DNA of 64,000 nucleotides from NCBI GenBank assembly GCA_002269645.1, contig NIVC01000202.1, forward strand, positions 496,001-560,000. The letters run 5' to 3'. Below are positions 23,399 through 35,938 of the stretch, one piece after another. Made by a program: the position numbers and the translations under genes. How positions within the stretch are numbered: the stretch's first letter is position 1; each line of letters begins with the position of its first letter. Origin of the DNA: Macrostomum lignano. Its lineage: Eukaryota. Below the pieces are notes generated by a model. The model saw only the letters and a program-made list of their open reading frames with translations. It searched no databases and had not been told where the DNA came from.

Positions 23399-26300
23399 TT
23401 AAAACGATTCCCTCAGCAGTTGAGCAGTCATGCGACTTTCAGCCTGCGCTTCGTGCAATCTCTGGCGCAGTTTCTCCATTGCCATGGCTAATTCAGATAG
23501 CTGTGGAGACGGCTTGGGAGGCGGCGGGCGCCAGACGACGTACCGCTGGCTAGACGGCGCTTCCGCCTCCGCCCTAGCTGGCGATTCCTGCAGCAGCCAT
23601 TGCTGATAGAAATGCTCTGGCAAGAAGTCGTCAACGTCTAGTCGGGCTAGTTCGGCACGGACAGGCGCCGTCGAACCGGCCGGAGTTCGCTGCCAGATGT
23701 CGGCGGACAGGCGGGCGGACAGGCGACGATCGGCCAGGCGGGCGGCCAGGCGGGCCCAGGGAAACCGACTGACTGGCCGGTTGGCCGACAGCGCGGCGGC
23801 AGCTCCGGCCAGCGGACAGGCGGGCGGATAGGCGGACAGAAGCCATGCAATGGCTTCTTGATTGACGCGCCAGGCGGAGGTCGCGCAAGCAGGCGGCGGC
23901 GGAAGCGGCGCATCTGGCAGGCGCAGTTCGGCAACGGCGGCAGGGGAGGCCAGCGGGCCCAGAGCCACAATGCACGCATTGTATAATTGAATCAAACAGC
24001 GTAGAGGAGGCTGCGGCTGACCGGCGGCATCGCAGCGCTCGGCTAGGCTGGCCAGCGGGCGGAAATAAGCATCCAATAGAAGCGATTCAACAGCGCTAGC
24101 CAGGTTAGGCGCCGTGGACTGTCGCAGCCTGTAGGGCGGCAGAGTGGGCTGGTCCAGCAGCCAGCGAAGGCCCAGCAGGAGATCCCGATGCCAGATAGGC
24201 GTGGGCCGGCCGCCCAGCAGGCGCAGTCGAACAGTTCCAACAGTTGCTACGCGGTTGGAGTTCGACTCGGGAGTGCAGGCGAAGCCCAGAGTGGGCAGGT
24301 GTAGCAGAGCCAGATGAGCTTCCGAGCCGAGAACTGACACGTCAGCAATGCAGTGCGTAGCCGCCGCAGCTTCGGCAGCTTCAGCCGTATCAGCAACTAG
24401 CGCTGGCGCCAACTTCAGCCGGAGCCAACTAGCAGCGGCGGCGGGACAGTCAGGGGACAGCAGAAGCGCCAGTCGGCAAGTGTCCGGCAGGGGAATCGGC
24501 CGAGAGACAGCGGCAGCTGCGGCCAGGGCGGCAGCGGCGGCTGGCGAAGGATCGGCGGAGGCGCGGGGCAGCCGGGCTACGGACACGTCGGGCGGCTGGC
24601 GGCCGTGCAGGCGGTCCACCAGCTGGAACGGGTCAACTAGCGGAGCGCACGGCGCCATGTCTGACAGGCGGGCGCGCGAGGCCGCTTTGGTTACTGACAG
24701 ACGGCGCCAGGAGTCCCAGACTAGGCGAAGCCGCCGATTGCGATGCTCAAGAATGAGACTGGAATCCAGACTGCACCGGGTGGACTTTTCGGCAACGAAC
24801 TGGCGACAGGCGAGTTCAGATTCTTCAAATATCAGCGCGTCAAAGATTACAGTGTCCAGCGACTCAACTAGACTGCGGTCCAGCAGTTCTTGGCTTTCCC
24901 GACGAATAGCTTCATGAATAACTTCGCCAATCAGACAGTCAGCCACGTCACTAATAGCGGTCGTGTGAGAGCGAGTTTCGGCCAGCATTTCCGAAGCAAT
25001 TTCGGCGCACAAATCTCTTGTGGCGCCGTTAAAAGTGTCGGCGTAAGCGTCGGCAACGGCGTTAGATAGGGCCCGAGCGCCATCCAATACATCAGCTGCA
25101 ACGCTGTGAAGCAGAGGCGGCAGAGCGGAGGACACGATTTCGTCTGATAAAGAGACGATAAGCTTGTCGTCTAGAACGGGAGGCTGCGGTGTTGGCGCCT
25201 TCGACACGGCTGTGGGGAACAGCGCTGCCGCAGCCCCAGCAGCAGCTGTCTGTGAGAACAGCGACGTAGACGATGACGGAAAGATGGGGGCCGCCTGGCT
25301 AAAAGGAGCCGCCGCTGCTGGCTGAGTAGACGATGTCGACGTCAGAGTCGGGAGAACAGCAGCAGTCAGGGTTTTCGATCGCGGCGGCGGCGGCGGCGGA
25401 GTAGCACCGCGTGACAACGATAGGTCGCCAATGTAGCGACCGCGCTCGTCGAAGCTCACAGACGGTTCGGGCAGTCGCAGTTCGGGCAGCGGGCCGCCCC
25501 AGAGACATTCGCCAACAGACCGGTTGCCGCGTTTGCTCTCCACAACTCGAATCGCGCGAACCGACCGCGACTCGGTCGGATCGAACGCGCTGGCCACGGC
25601 CCGCTCCAGCCAGACGGCCGGCTCATCTGCCGACGTCTCGTAGTCGCATTCGAAGCCCATAAATTTGCAGAAACTGGCCGCATCGTCGGCGTCTTCAAAG
25701 CCAAGCGGCAGGCGGCCAAGCGGAAGGCGCAGCCGCTGGCCGGCTGAGGGCGGCGGGCGCAGGGCGTAGCTCATTGTTCGCAAGGCGGCAATGCGGGCCT
25801 GGGTGAAGTAGCGCAACAGAAGGCAGGCGGACAGGAACTCGGCCCGGTGGACGGCGCGAAAGAAAGCAACATAGTTGTTGCTAGACAGCGCGAAGAAGGC
25901 CCGAAGCGCCAGACGAACCTGCGAGTTTGAATGGAGGAAAATACATTAAAAGCATGTCCATCCCGATGAAAACGGTACCTAGGCCAAGAAGCGTCCCAGA
26001 GTCGGTACAGGTAAGGCAGATAAGAAGATAAAAATGAAGTTACTCTAGACGACTCAAAAACGACGAGATGCCAGGGTACAAGTCATCAAAAAGTCAATTT
26101 GAGGCGTTTCATTGTCTGCAAATTTGAAACGACTCTTTGGGGCGCTTCTTTAATGACTACGGTGGTCGTAGAGTCGTGTCTGAGGCGCGCTAGAGTGGCT
26201 GCGGAATCACTGAGTTGAGTTGAGTTGAGATCACTGAGATCACAGAATCACTCTTACGATTCTGCAGCACTCAGACAGGGTGTACAGCCGCCTGCCTGAG

Positions 26301-28694
26301 AATGACTGTCTCATTTTCAGGCAGTGTACACACTATATGCCTGGATGATAAGGCGCTACACAATTTGCACGAACCTGCGGAGAGGCGCGAACGTCAGCGG
26401 ACAGCTGATGCACTTCGTCTAGTACGTTGGGATCATTGAGCTTCATGAGGATCATATAGGCTCGGAATTCGCTCTCGTTTGGACACTGGCCAGACAAGTC
26501 GCTGTAGAGCTCGCGCAGAGTCTGCAGACACTTAGTCAGATTTTCATTATTGATTTTCTCATCGAATACGTCGGCTGGCATGCCGACCATGCGGGCGCCG
26601 GCGTACACGTGGAATCTGGCGCAGCGTTCGACCAGCTCGGCTGCGCCGGGGCTGCACAGCCGCTGTTGAGTCACCTCTTTGCGAATAGCGCGAGTTCGAT
26701 CCCATAGGAATTCGTACCTGTCGGGGCACAGCGGGAGTAACACAATTAGCTAGTTAGTGTCAGGCTTTGGCGTTTGGGGTTGTAGGCACATTTAGGATCT
26801 AACCTTTACCGTATAGTACGAGCGTATATCAACCAGAATATGTTCAGCATAAGCATTTAGAGGATACGCATCTAGCAACCAGGATAAGCATCTAGCAACC
26901 AGGATAAGCATCTAGCGACCAGGATAAGCATCTAGCGCAACCAGGATAAGCATCTAGCGCAACCAGGATAAGCATCTAGAGCAACAAGGATAAGCATCTA
27001 ACAACTCAGGTAAGCATCTATCAACCAGGATAAGCATCTAGCAACCAGGATAAGCATCTAGCAACCAGGATAAGCATCTAGAGCAACAAGGATAAGCATC
27101 TAACAACCTAGGTAAGCATCTATCAACCAGGATAAGCATCTAGCAACTAGGATAAGCATTTATCATTATCATTCACGAGATTAGCACTAGCATCAACAGC
27201 TTTAAAAATATTGAATGAAATAAACCAAACGCACCATTCCTGCCAGCGCCCCTCTCGATCGCCAATATCAGCAATACAAGTAGACAGATATAGCAGAGTC
27301 CTCTGCAGCACAGGCAAGGGGCGGAGCTCGTGGGGCAGCGGAGCCTCCTGATCAGCAGCGGAGCGCGAGTACTCCTTGACGGCCCTGGCCGGGTCCATCA
27401 CGCCTGGCCGGCCCGGCGCCGCCTCGAACGAGTGCACTCGATGCCGATCCTCGCGCAGATAGCGCTCCTTCTCCGGACACATGTCCTGGCAGGTGGCCGA
27501 CACAGCGGCGCCAGATTTGCCCAGCTTGACTCTGAGCTGCCGCTCTACGGATTCCAGCACTCGGATTCGATCTGCCAAGCTCTGCGACGCTGGCAGCGCC
27601 AACGAGGAGGCGCTGATAGTTGGCGCCTGTGCCGGCGCGGACACGGCCGCCGGCGCTGCGGTGGCGCTTCCACCACCGGGCAGGCGACGTCGAAATGCCT
27701 CCAAGTTGGGGCATCGGATTCGCAGGCGGGCCGACGAGGCCTTTTCTATAGCAGCATCAACGGCGGCTGCGCTGTCAAAGTGTAAAATAGCCTGACATTT
27801 GGCGCAGTTAGCGTACACCCGGATGACGCCCTTGAATAAGCGACGCAGCGGCTCGTCAGCGTTTAACTCGGCTGGCAGATTGCGCAACACTATAGAAGTG
27901 CTGGACTGCTGCGGCTGCTGCTGAGCAGTCTCGCTGCCGCTTGTTCGCCGACTAATTTTAATCCGCTGACGCAGATCGCCAACAAAATCGGTCTCTTCAG
28001 TTCGGTCCTCGTTAATCTGGTCAAGCTGCACCCGGTCGGCCGGTCGCTTTATAGCCAGTCGCCTTGGCTCCGCGGCTTGCTTACTGCTGCTGCTGCCGCC
28101 ACTGCCTTCGCTGGCGCTGTTTCCATTGCTGTCTTCTGTGTCTTTCTCCGTATCTTCATCTTCATTGTCCTCAGCTTCGTCGCCTTCAGTGGCCGATTTA
28201 GCGCTAGAATTATCCTCTTCGATATCCTGGGCTTCTTCATCATCCTGCCCATCATCGCCATCATTATCGTATTCCTGCTCAGCTTCCTGGTCTTCTCCGC
28301 TCTGCATTTGGTTGCCATCGCTGTCGGTTTCTTCCTCACGATTGGCGCCATCTTGGCCAGGTGGCTGGGCAGATGCGCCGTCAGCTTCCCCTTCATCGCT
28401 GTTAGAGTCCGGTTCGAAAGCAAAACCACTGGCGCCCTGCTGAGCAGTTGAGCTGAACCCGGCAAACAAACCGCCAGAGGAGCCGCCGCCTGCGGCAGAA
28501 GAGAACAGGCCTCCGCCTCCTGTTGATGCAGAGGAAAACAGACTGCCGCCTCCAACTCCAGTGCTGCCTGTTGTTGTTGTTGCTGAAGCAGAAGAGAACA
28601 GACTGCCGCCTCCGCTGCTGCCTGTTGCTGCAACAGCGGAAGAGAACAGACTGCCGCTAGTTCCGCCAAGATTGAACAACCCGCCCGGTTGCAT
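23399..28694 (-). CDS. MCM3AP: GANP / MCM3AP (SAC3-family TREX-2 scaffold), 3 exons, ~1440 aa
   Basis: Exons 28694-27235, 26717-26375, 25918-23399 (4323 nt, in phase). N-terminal Gly/Ser-Phe repeats, RRM-like segment (VLRNLP..LN), SAC3 domain ([14 protein letters not shown]...[19 protein letters not shown]...[18 protein letters not shown]...RCARFH...[17 protein letters not shown]...NESEFRAY...NNYVAFF). Confidence 0.93.
26870..27160. repeat. Intronic ~20-bp minisatellite (CCAGGATAAGCATCTAGCAA)n
   Basis: Tandem units in GANP intron 1. Confidence 0.9.
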
Positions 28695-29188
28695 TTGAGT
28701 TGCTAGGCGGAGGATTACTGTCTGTTCTTATCCCAAATAAAGCAGAAGTTGACCCAGTCTTGCGAGTTAACTGCAATGTAAAATTTATTATGAAATATGA
28801 ACAATATTTTTACTGACAACCAACATTAATTCACAGAAACAAAGTCCATCTGCAACTATGTAAACATAAATCAAAAGAAAATAACAAAAGTTTTTTGGCG
28901 GATAAGAAAACAAAAAAGACTGGAACCTTCTGTATTTGTTAGTTTGATTTATTAATTAAACATGCTTTCATGGGTTAACGTATCTGAGAAACTTTCTGAA
29001 TAAGACAATACTTGAATTACTAAGCTTTATAACTAATATTATACTCGTATATTTATTAAGAATTAGGCGACTTGTTAATTAGCAAAAACATTGTTACTTA
29101 ATCCACCTGACATGAGTCTGTGCACCAGCCTAACACTTTTTGACATATTTATTATACACCCCAGCCCCCCTCTAAAATAGAGCGCCAG

Positions 29189-29583
29189 TTACAGCAGGCC
29201 CAGCTTCTTCTCCATCAGGGCGTGCGGCTGCCCGGCCGCCTCGCTGTGACAGGCCAGGTTCAGCTGATCCTCGAAGCCAATCTCCGAGTCGCAGCCGCGC
29301 AAAATTCTGGCCTGCAACTGGATGAGGCCAGGCCAGGCAGGCGGTCGGACTGGCCGGCAAGGCGACGCTCCATGGCCATGGCGATGGCGGCCGCTTTGCC
29401 CTGGACAGCGCGCACCAGTTCCAGATCGCGCGAGTCGCGTTGAGCAGAGAAATTAGTCTCGGACGCCTGAAGCGGGTGAGCAGCCGAGGCGACAGCCGGG
29501 TCGGGGCAGTGAGCCGGGCGGGCCAGTGGCTCGCCAGTGTACATTGGCTTGGTTAGGAGGCCTTCGGCAGTTTTGAATTCCAT
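29189..29583 (-). CDS. POMP: Proteasome maturation protein POMP/UMP1 with a 1-nt frameshift near 29320
   Basis: Frame 1 gives HPLQASETNF...LVRAVQG...MERRL...RLPGLASS. A shifted frame continues QLQARILRGCDSEIGFEDQLN...EAAGQPHALMEKKLGLL*, colinear with the known POMP C-terminus. Adding one C (TCC CAG) restores a 131-aa ORF. Confidence 0.88.
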
Positions 29584-30476
29584 CTTGCTGATTATTAATG
29601 TTTGTATCTGTAATTCAAATAGGGATCAGTATTCTTAATTTACTTAGTTTTTTCCTCCTTATTTAACTAAAAATCGTTTGTATTGAAACATATTTTATCT
29701 TAATAATGCTAAAGACGCTGAATTCTGATAATTCTAAAACAATATAAATTAAAAAGATGTTAATATAAACTTTGGTTCGCAAAGTTATGGCAAATAACAA
29801 TTATGGTTTATAAACAAATTAACAATTGAGGATTGAGTTGAGACGAGTTTTAAACATTTAGTTCAAGTTGAGTTGAGTCCTAAAATGCATATTGAAGCAT
29901 TAAAAAAGCACTAGGGTCTACCATTTTTAACCCCTACCAATTACTGAGATATTGCTGATATTACAAAGTTCATAGGGGGAATCGCTAAAATTTAATGACT
30001 TAAGACTTACAAAGAATTGCTCAGATGCAATAGTTCATGGTTCATAGGGGAATTGCTAAGATGTAAAGGCTTATAAAAGGCTTTAATGCTAAAATGCTAA
30101 AGCATTGTTTATAAAATTACTTAGCACACTAACATGCAGAGGCTTAGATGTCTGCATTAAAAGAAACAGAAGACTAGCTTTGCTTAGTACTTGTAAATAT
30201 TTGCATCTTGTCTAGAGTACTTTTATATTCTTCTCTTATTACAACTATATTTAGGAATTAAGTGGCTTATATACTACTTAAAAATATATTATATACAAAT
30301 ATTTATAAGTACTACTACTTGCCAAAAAGCAAATAGGTTTTTGCAAATGAAAAATGTTGCAAATCCAAAGGCCAAAGCAATAATATAAAATCAAAACAAA
30401 TCACAAGGCAAAGGTGACCATAGAATTTTTGTATATGACAAATCTGACTGCTTATAAGTTATATCTTTTACATTTA

Positions 30477-31176
30477 CTACCTTACTACATCCAAAAAGTT
30501 CTTAGACACCACTCCTATCTCAGCATCTGTTCAAACGATTTTTATAAAAATTTACACAAACATTGGCTTATATGTCATGAATTCAATGCTTCAGTTTCAG
30601 CTTAATCAGGTTGACAGAGCAAAAGCAATCAATCATTTACTGAGGAACCTACAAAATTAGCAATACAATTTTGAAGAGCATTGAATCTGGACTCCAGTGG
30701 TGACATTGCAGCTCATTTTTATAAAAATTAATCAGCAAAATATCACTGCTTTTTATGAATATTGATTAAACCCTAGTTGTTTTAATACTAATGAGGGGCT
30801 GATCAGAGCAATACCTAGGGATATGTGGATTGAGGATGAGGACTGAGGAGTTGCCAATGCAATATGACAAATGCATTCAATTGAATGAAGATTTTAATGA
30901 TTTTCACAACTGGCTTTTGAAGCTCTGGAACTTGTCAGTTTGAACTCTTTGCTCATTAATTTTTACATTTTGTTGAGTTTAAAATTGTATTTCTAATTTT
31001 GTAGGTTCCTCAGTAAATGATTGATTGCTTTTGCTCTGTCAACCTGATTAAGCTGAAACTGAAGCACTGAATTCATGATGTATAAGCCTATGTTTGTGCA
31101 AATTTTTATAAAAATTGATCAAACAGATGCAGAGATAAGACGGGTGTCTAAGAACTTTTTGGATGCACTAAGGTAG
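30477..31176. mobile_element. Foldback element with ~195-bp inverted arms
   Basis: 30477-~30672 is the reverse complement of ~30982-31176. The inner part of the arms is nearly identical. Confidence 0.75.
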
Positions 31177-32444
31177 ATTTGGATTCTTGTGGTTTTTTCT
31201 TTTCAAAGATAAAAAATAAAATAAGAGGTTTGGACTAGAAGTGTGACAAATATTTGGAATATTTGGAATTAAATTAAATCAACCAAATATTTTGTTTGAA
31301 TCAGAAAATTGATAATCTAAATAACTTGCACTATATAGTTGCTATGATATGGAATGAAGATTTGGAACAAGTCAAGAGTTAAGTATTGATACTATAGCTT
31401 ATAAATGAAAAGGAATTAGGGATAATTGTATTATAAGGAAAGGCAAAAGGATTAGATATGTAACAATTGAGCATATGGTGTTAAGGTTTGAGAAGGCTTT
31501 AGAAGGAATGGAGGACTGAGACATTTGAGTTTAAAGAGTTGAGAGTATTAGGGGTTGTAGGCTTATGGCTCATAAATAAAGGAGGAATTAAGAATAGGAC
31601 AATATATGGCATGTCTTGAAGAAAGGCAGCTTGGTGATTAAGCAGTCTCAATGCTCAGACTTGAGGCTTTAGAAGTGGAGCATTAAGAATCAAGTTTATA
31701 TAACATGGATTTAGGCTTTAGGGCATTGATTTCTACAAACTTGGAAGGATAGAGTTGGCATTTGGACTAGGCACATTTTATTGAGCAAGAAATAAAGATG
31801 CTGGCCTATTGGTTGAGGGCTACTAAAGGGATAATATTCATTAAAATATTTGTATTTAATATTTTTTGTTATTCAAATCAGTTCTATTGGATATTTGAAT
31901 CAAATTGATTTGGTTCAAAAATTTCATTTGATCCATCTCTAATTTGAACTTTGAAACTCATGAAGAACCATTTAAGGCCTTAGAAAATAGTTTAAAAAGA
32001 TCAAAAAGGATTAATTGATAATGATATCTTTCAACATGGTTTTAAGACTAAATGGATAAAAAAGCAATGAGTTCAGTAATATATATTCTAACAATTAACT
32101 TTTAAGTTGAAAAGTTTTAAATACCAAAATAAATTGATACAGTTTTCCTAACTATATTCTTTTGGAAACTAATTACAAGCCCTTTTAGTATAGACCATAC
32201 ATGCCCAATACCCATCCAACCTCAACCTGTCCAAACTAGATAGGTAAAATGGCTGCCAGCAAAGGTAAGTTGCAAAATAAAAAATGCGAAAAATGAAAAA
32301 TTGGGGGAAAAAGAAATAAGAGGAAAAGAAAAATAAAAGAGGAAGGAGAGAGAAGAAAGAGGGAAAGAGGAGAAAAAGAGAAAGAGAAGAAAAGAAAAAA
32401 AGCAAGGAAAAGTCATATACAAAGTTAAAACAAGTTGCAATTGG

Positions 32445-32665
32445 GGGAACTAAGTCACAATTGGAAGGAACTAAGTTGCAATCTTGAGGAACTAGCTTGT
32501 AAGTTGCATTTGAAAGGAACTAAGTTGCAATCGGGAAGAACTAAGTCACAATTGGGAGAAACTAGCTCATAAGTTGCAATAGGGAAGAACAAGTTATAAT
32601 CTTGAGAAAAATTGTAATCAGGAAGAACTAAGTCACAATTGAAAGGAACTAAGTTGCAATTGGGA
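32445..32665. repeat. Degenerate tandem repeat (GAACTAAGTTGCAAT core)
   Basis: About 9 diverged units. Confidence 0.7.
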
Positions 32666-33792
32666 GATTTTGCTGCCTGTCGTCTTCTCTGCTGAGGCTC
32701 TGTAACAAAATGAATAAAAAAAGCAAATTGCACTAAGGAAATTGTGTATTTTGTAGTTCTGAAAAATTTATTAAATGTAATAATGAAATATAATAATTTT
32801 AATACTTTTATTTTATCTTTCACTCTTGACTCAGCTACTTAGATACTACTTTTAATTACTGCTAGTCTACGACTGCAATTGTATTGCAGTCTACAATTCT
32901 GCATAAGTGAATGATAAATCAATCGGGAAAAAGAGTGAAGGCAGGAGAAAGGGAAGAGAAATAAGGTACTTCCATTTTTCTATAAGCACCATATTGCAAT
33001 ATGTATGCTACTCCCCCCCTAGTATTTCAGTATGGTGGCATATAGGTAAGTCGCAAATCTGGACAAAATTAAATCACACTGGACAGGTGAAATTTTGAGG
33101 TTGGGCATGTATGATATAGGCCTATAAATATAGTATATCTTTCTAAACATTTTTAGGCTTTTATTTTTAGTATTTAGGCTTTTATTATCCCTATTGGCAT
33201 TAAAGGCATAGTCATTATTAAGAGATAGGTATAGTATCTAGCATAGATTAGTGGAAGTGCTTATCCTCACAGTCCCATATCAATAATTCCAATTTTATCC
33301 ATACAAATCCATATTGATAATTTCCAGCTTATCTATGTTGATAATTTCCAGCTTATCTTCATAGCAGCTTAATGAAATAGCTACCACCATTCAAGTCTAT
33401 AGGCCATATCAATAATTCTAACTTTATCCACATGGATCCATGTATATAATTTTCAGCTTATCCTTTGGCTAAGATTGTGCAGTTGTTTGTGTTTATTTTT
33501 GTGTACTAACATTAAATCAATATTGTCATTATTATTAGTATTATTAGGCCCTATCGTTATTATTTCATATTGAATTTTGAATTTTGCAAGTCTCATTTGC
33601 CTCAATCTTAGGGTCTGTTTGGTCATTCTAAGCAAAGCCAGCAGCTAAGCAAATATTTAAAATTAACCCTTTTAAGGACAAAAAAGTTTTAACAAAGTAC
33701 TTGATACTATTGGGTATTCAGTAGTCTATTTGGAAAACTAACAATTGTAAAAATATTAGGCCTTAATGGTACTGATGCATATAAATGTATAA

Positions 33793-34238
33793 GGCAGTTG
33801 TTATTTGTCCGGTGACCAGACGAATAGTGATATGGTTATTTGTCAGGTTACTGACTCCTGACCATGCTTTCTTATTCATCCAGTTAATACCGGACAAATA
33901 GACATTTTGTTATTTGTCCGGTTAAATTGATAATGCTAAAATATCTAGTTCATAAAACCCACAAGGGTAAATATTTCTAGACTTCAAAGACTTCTTACTT
34001 GTATCTTGATTATTATATTGTTATACTAGTGTGTCTTATACACCAAATTATGCTGAATTGAATACACTGCTTTGCTTACACTAAAGTAATACAAGAAAAT
34101 ATTAATCAGTATATGAGAAAAGGTCTTAAAAATCTATAATATTCATCACAAAACAAATAAGATATTTGTGTTAGCAATTTAACTTGACAAATTAACAAAA
34201 AGGCTATTCGTCCGGTCACTGGACAAATAACAACTGCC
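33793..34238. mobile_element. MITE with 35-bp TIRs and 8-9 bp TSD (Mutator- or hAT-like)
   Basis: TIR GGCAGTTGTTATTTGTCCGGTGACCAGACGAATAG / CTATTCGTCCGGTCACTGGACAAATAACAACTGCC. Flanks AATGTATAA (33784-33792) and AATGTATAG (34239-34247). Subterminal TTATTTGTCCGG repeats. Confidence 0.8.
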
Positions 34239-34576
34239 AATGTATAGGCCTAAACCAAATGAAATTCTGTGAGTGTAGCACCCACAATTGAACCTAAATT
34301 ATCTAGATAAGCTGAAGCATAGTTTTGCTACATTGTCTGCTGCATATCCCATCTTCTAATCTATCCAATCCAATCTATCCATCCAATCCATCCATCTATC
34401 CATCCATCCAATCCAAATATACTAAATCTCTAATATTTGTTTGTATGCCCATAACACTCTAGAGATTGCAATTCTTGACCGATTTTGATTGCGTTTTCGC
34501 TAAAAGATTCAAAATTGTCTGGAAGGAAGACAGTTAAAATTTCTTGTATCTGCTTCAATGCTGAAGGTCCCCAATT

Positions 34577-34688
34577 AGTTATCCTGAAGATTCCCGCGTT
34601 TAATTATAACCCCCACCCCCCACCACCCTTGAATAGAGGGCGAAATAATTCCGTAAAATAATTAAACGCGGGAATCTTCAGGATTGCC
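34577..34688. mobile_element. Mini inverted-repeat element
   Basis: Perfect 26-bp IR ATCCTGAAGATTCCCGCGTTTAATTA (34581-34606 / 34659-34684). CCCCAATT flanks both sides (34569-34576, 34689-34696). Confidence 0.65.
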
Positions 34689-35544
34689 CCCCAATTAAAT
34701 AAAAACTGTTTTAAATGGGCTTATGTAATGCAAATTTTATCAGCGAGATAAACTTCACAGCCAATTTTAATGATTGCGCCAGAGCCAACTGATAAGAAAA
34801 CTCACTGGGCCCCACTTAAAGGGAGGAGCAATAAAAATTATTCTGGATGCTGGCAACCAGCTCTAATTAGCTGTAGCACTATATTCAGCATCACTAATTT
34901 GCCGATAATATTCATAGAAAAATATTTGTAGATAAACAAAACAGCTTTGACAGTTTTCTTGTTAAGTTGTAAAGTGGTACTTAGAATCCTTAAAAGCTAA
35001 AAATTTAATAACATTTTAAGCAAATTATTTGAAATTTCTAAAATATTAGACAATTAATACCGGTATTAAAATGATACTTTTGTGTCTATTGGGAGGTCAC
35101 TCTCATCTAGAGAATCCCGTCTTTTTTCAAGCGTTTACCCTTCGATTAAATTTGAAGTTGATTATTTTTTCATCAACACAAAAGAACATAGATCGCTGTG
35201 GCTGATCTTCTCTGATGTCAAATCAATGTGCAGTCAAGTACCAACTTGGAATACCGAATACATTTCTTTCAAAATGTTGAAATCTCAGACTGGTTTTCGC
35301 CGAAAAATACACTACGAAGATTAGAAGATAGGCCTATGAGGAACTTTTCACTCTTTTCATATTAAAATTGCAACTGTTTTTATTGGAAGCTCGTCCAAAG
35401 CATTTCTTTTGATATATCTTGCCTAACGTTTAGCTCCAACGAATTTTAAATCACTTTATTAAAAATTGATCTTCATCTTCATGCTATTTTATTTACTATT
35501 ATATATCACAATAAGCCTAAAAGTAAAAAGTAATGTCTTCTGAC

Positions 35545-35938
35545 AAGGAAAATGAATCTGAAAATCAACATAATGTAAGAAACGTCGCGTTTCGCACTCC
35601 TAGGTGCATCTTCAGGTTTATTTTTTCAACAACGAAATTAAACAGGTTTTGCGAATAAATATGTGGAGTTGGTTGTACGTAAACAAGAAAAATAAGAAAA
35701 ATTATTGAACAAATTGATATCAATTATATCAATATTAATTATCAATTATATCGATTTTATATTGATTTGTTCAATAATTTTTCTAATTTTTCTTGTTTAC
35801 CTACAACCAACTCCATATATTTATTCGCAAAACCTGTTTAATTTCGTTGTTGAAAAAATAAACCTGAAGATGCACCTAGGAGTGCGAAATGCATCGTTAC
35901 TAATTTACATTATGTTGATTTTCGGATTCATTTTCCTT
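35545..35938. mobile_element. Long palindromic foldback (~170-bp arms, short AT-rich loop)
   Basis: AAGGAAAATGAATCTGAAAATCAACATAATGTAA... pairs with ...TTACATTATGTTGATTTTCGGATTCATTTTCCTT almost to the centre. Confidence 0.8.

Noticed and set aside
29260-29583. 107-aa novel ORF as listed in the track
   Set aside because: It is the N-terminal part of POMP truncated by a 1-nt frameshift.
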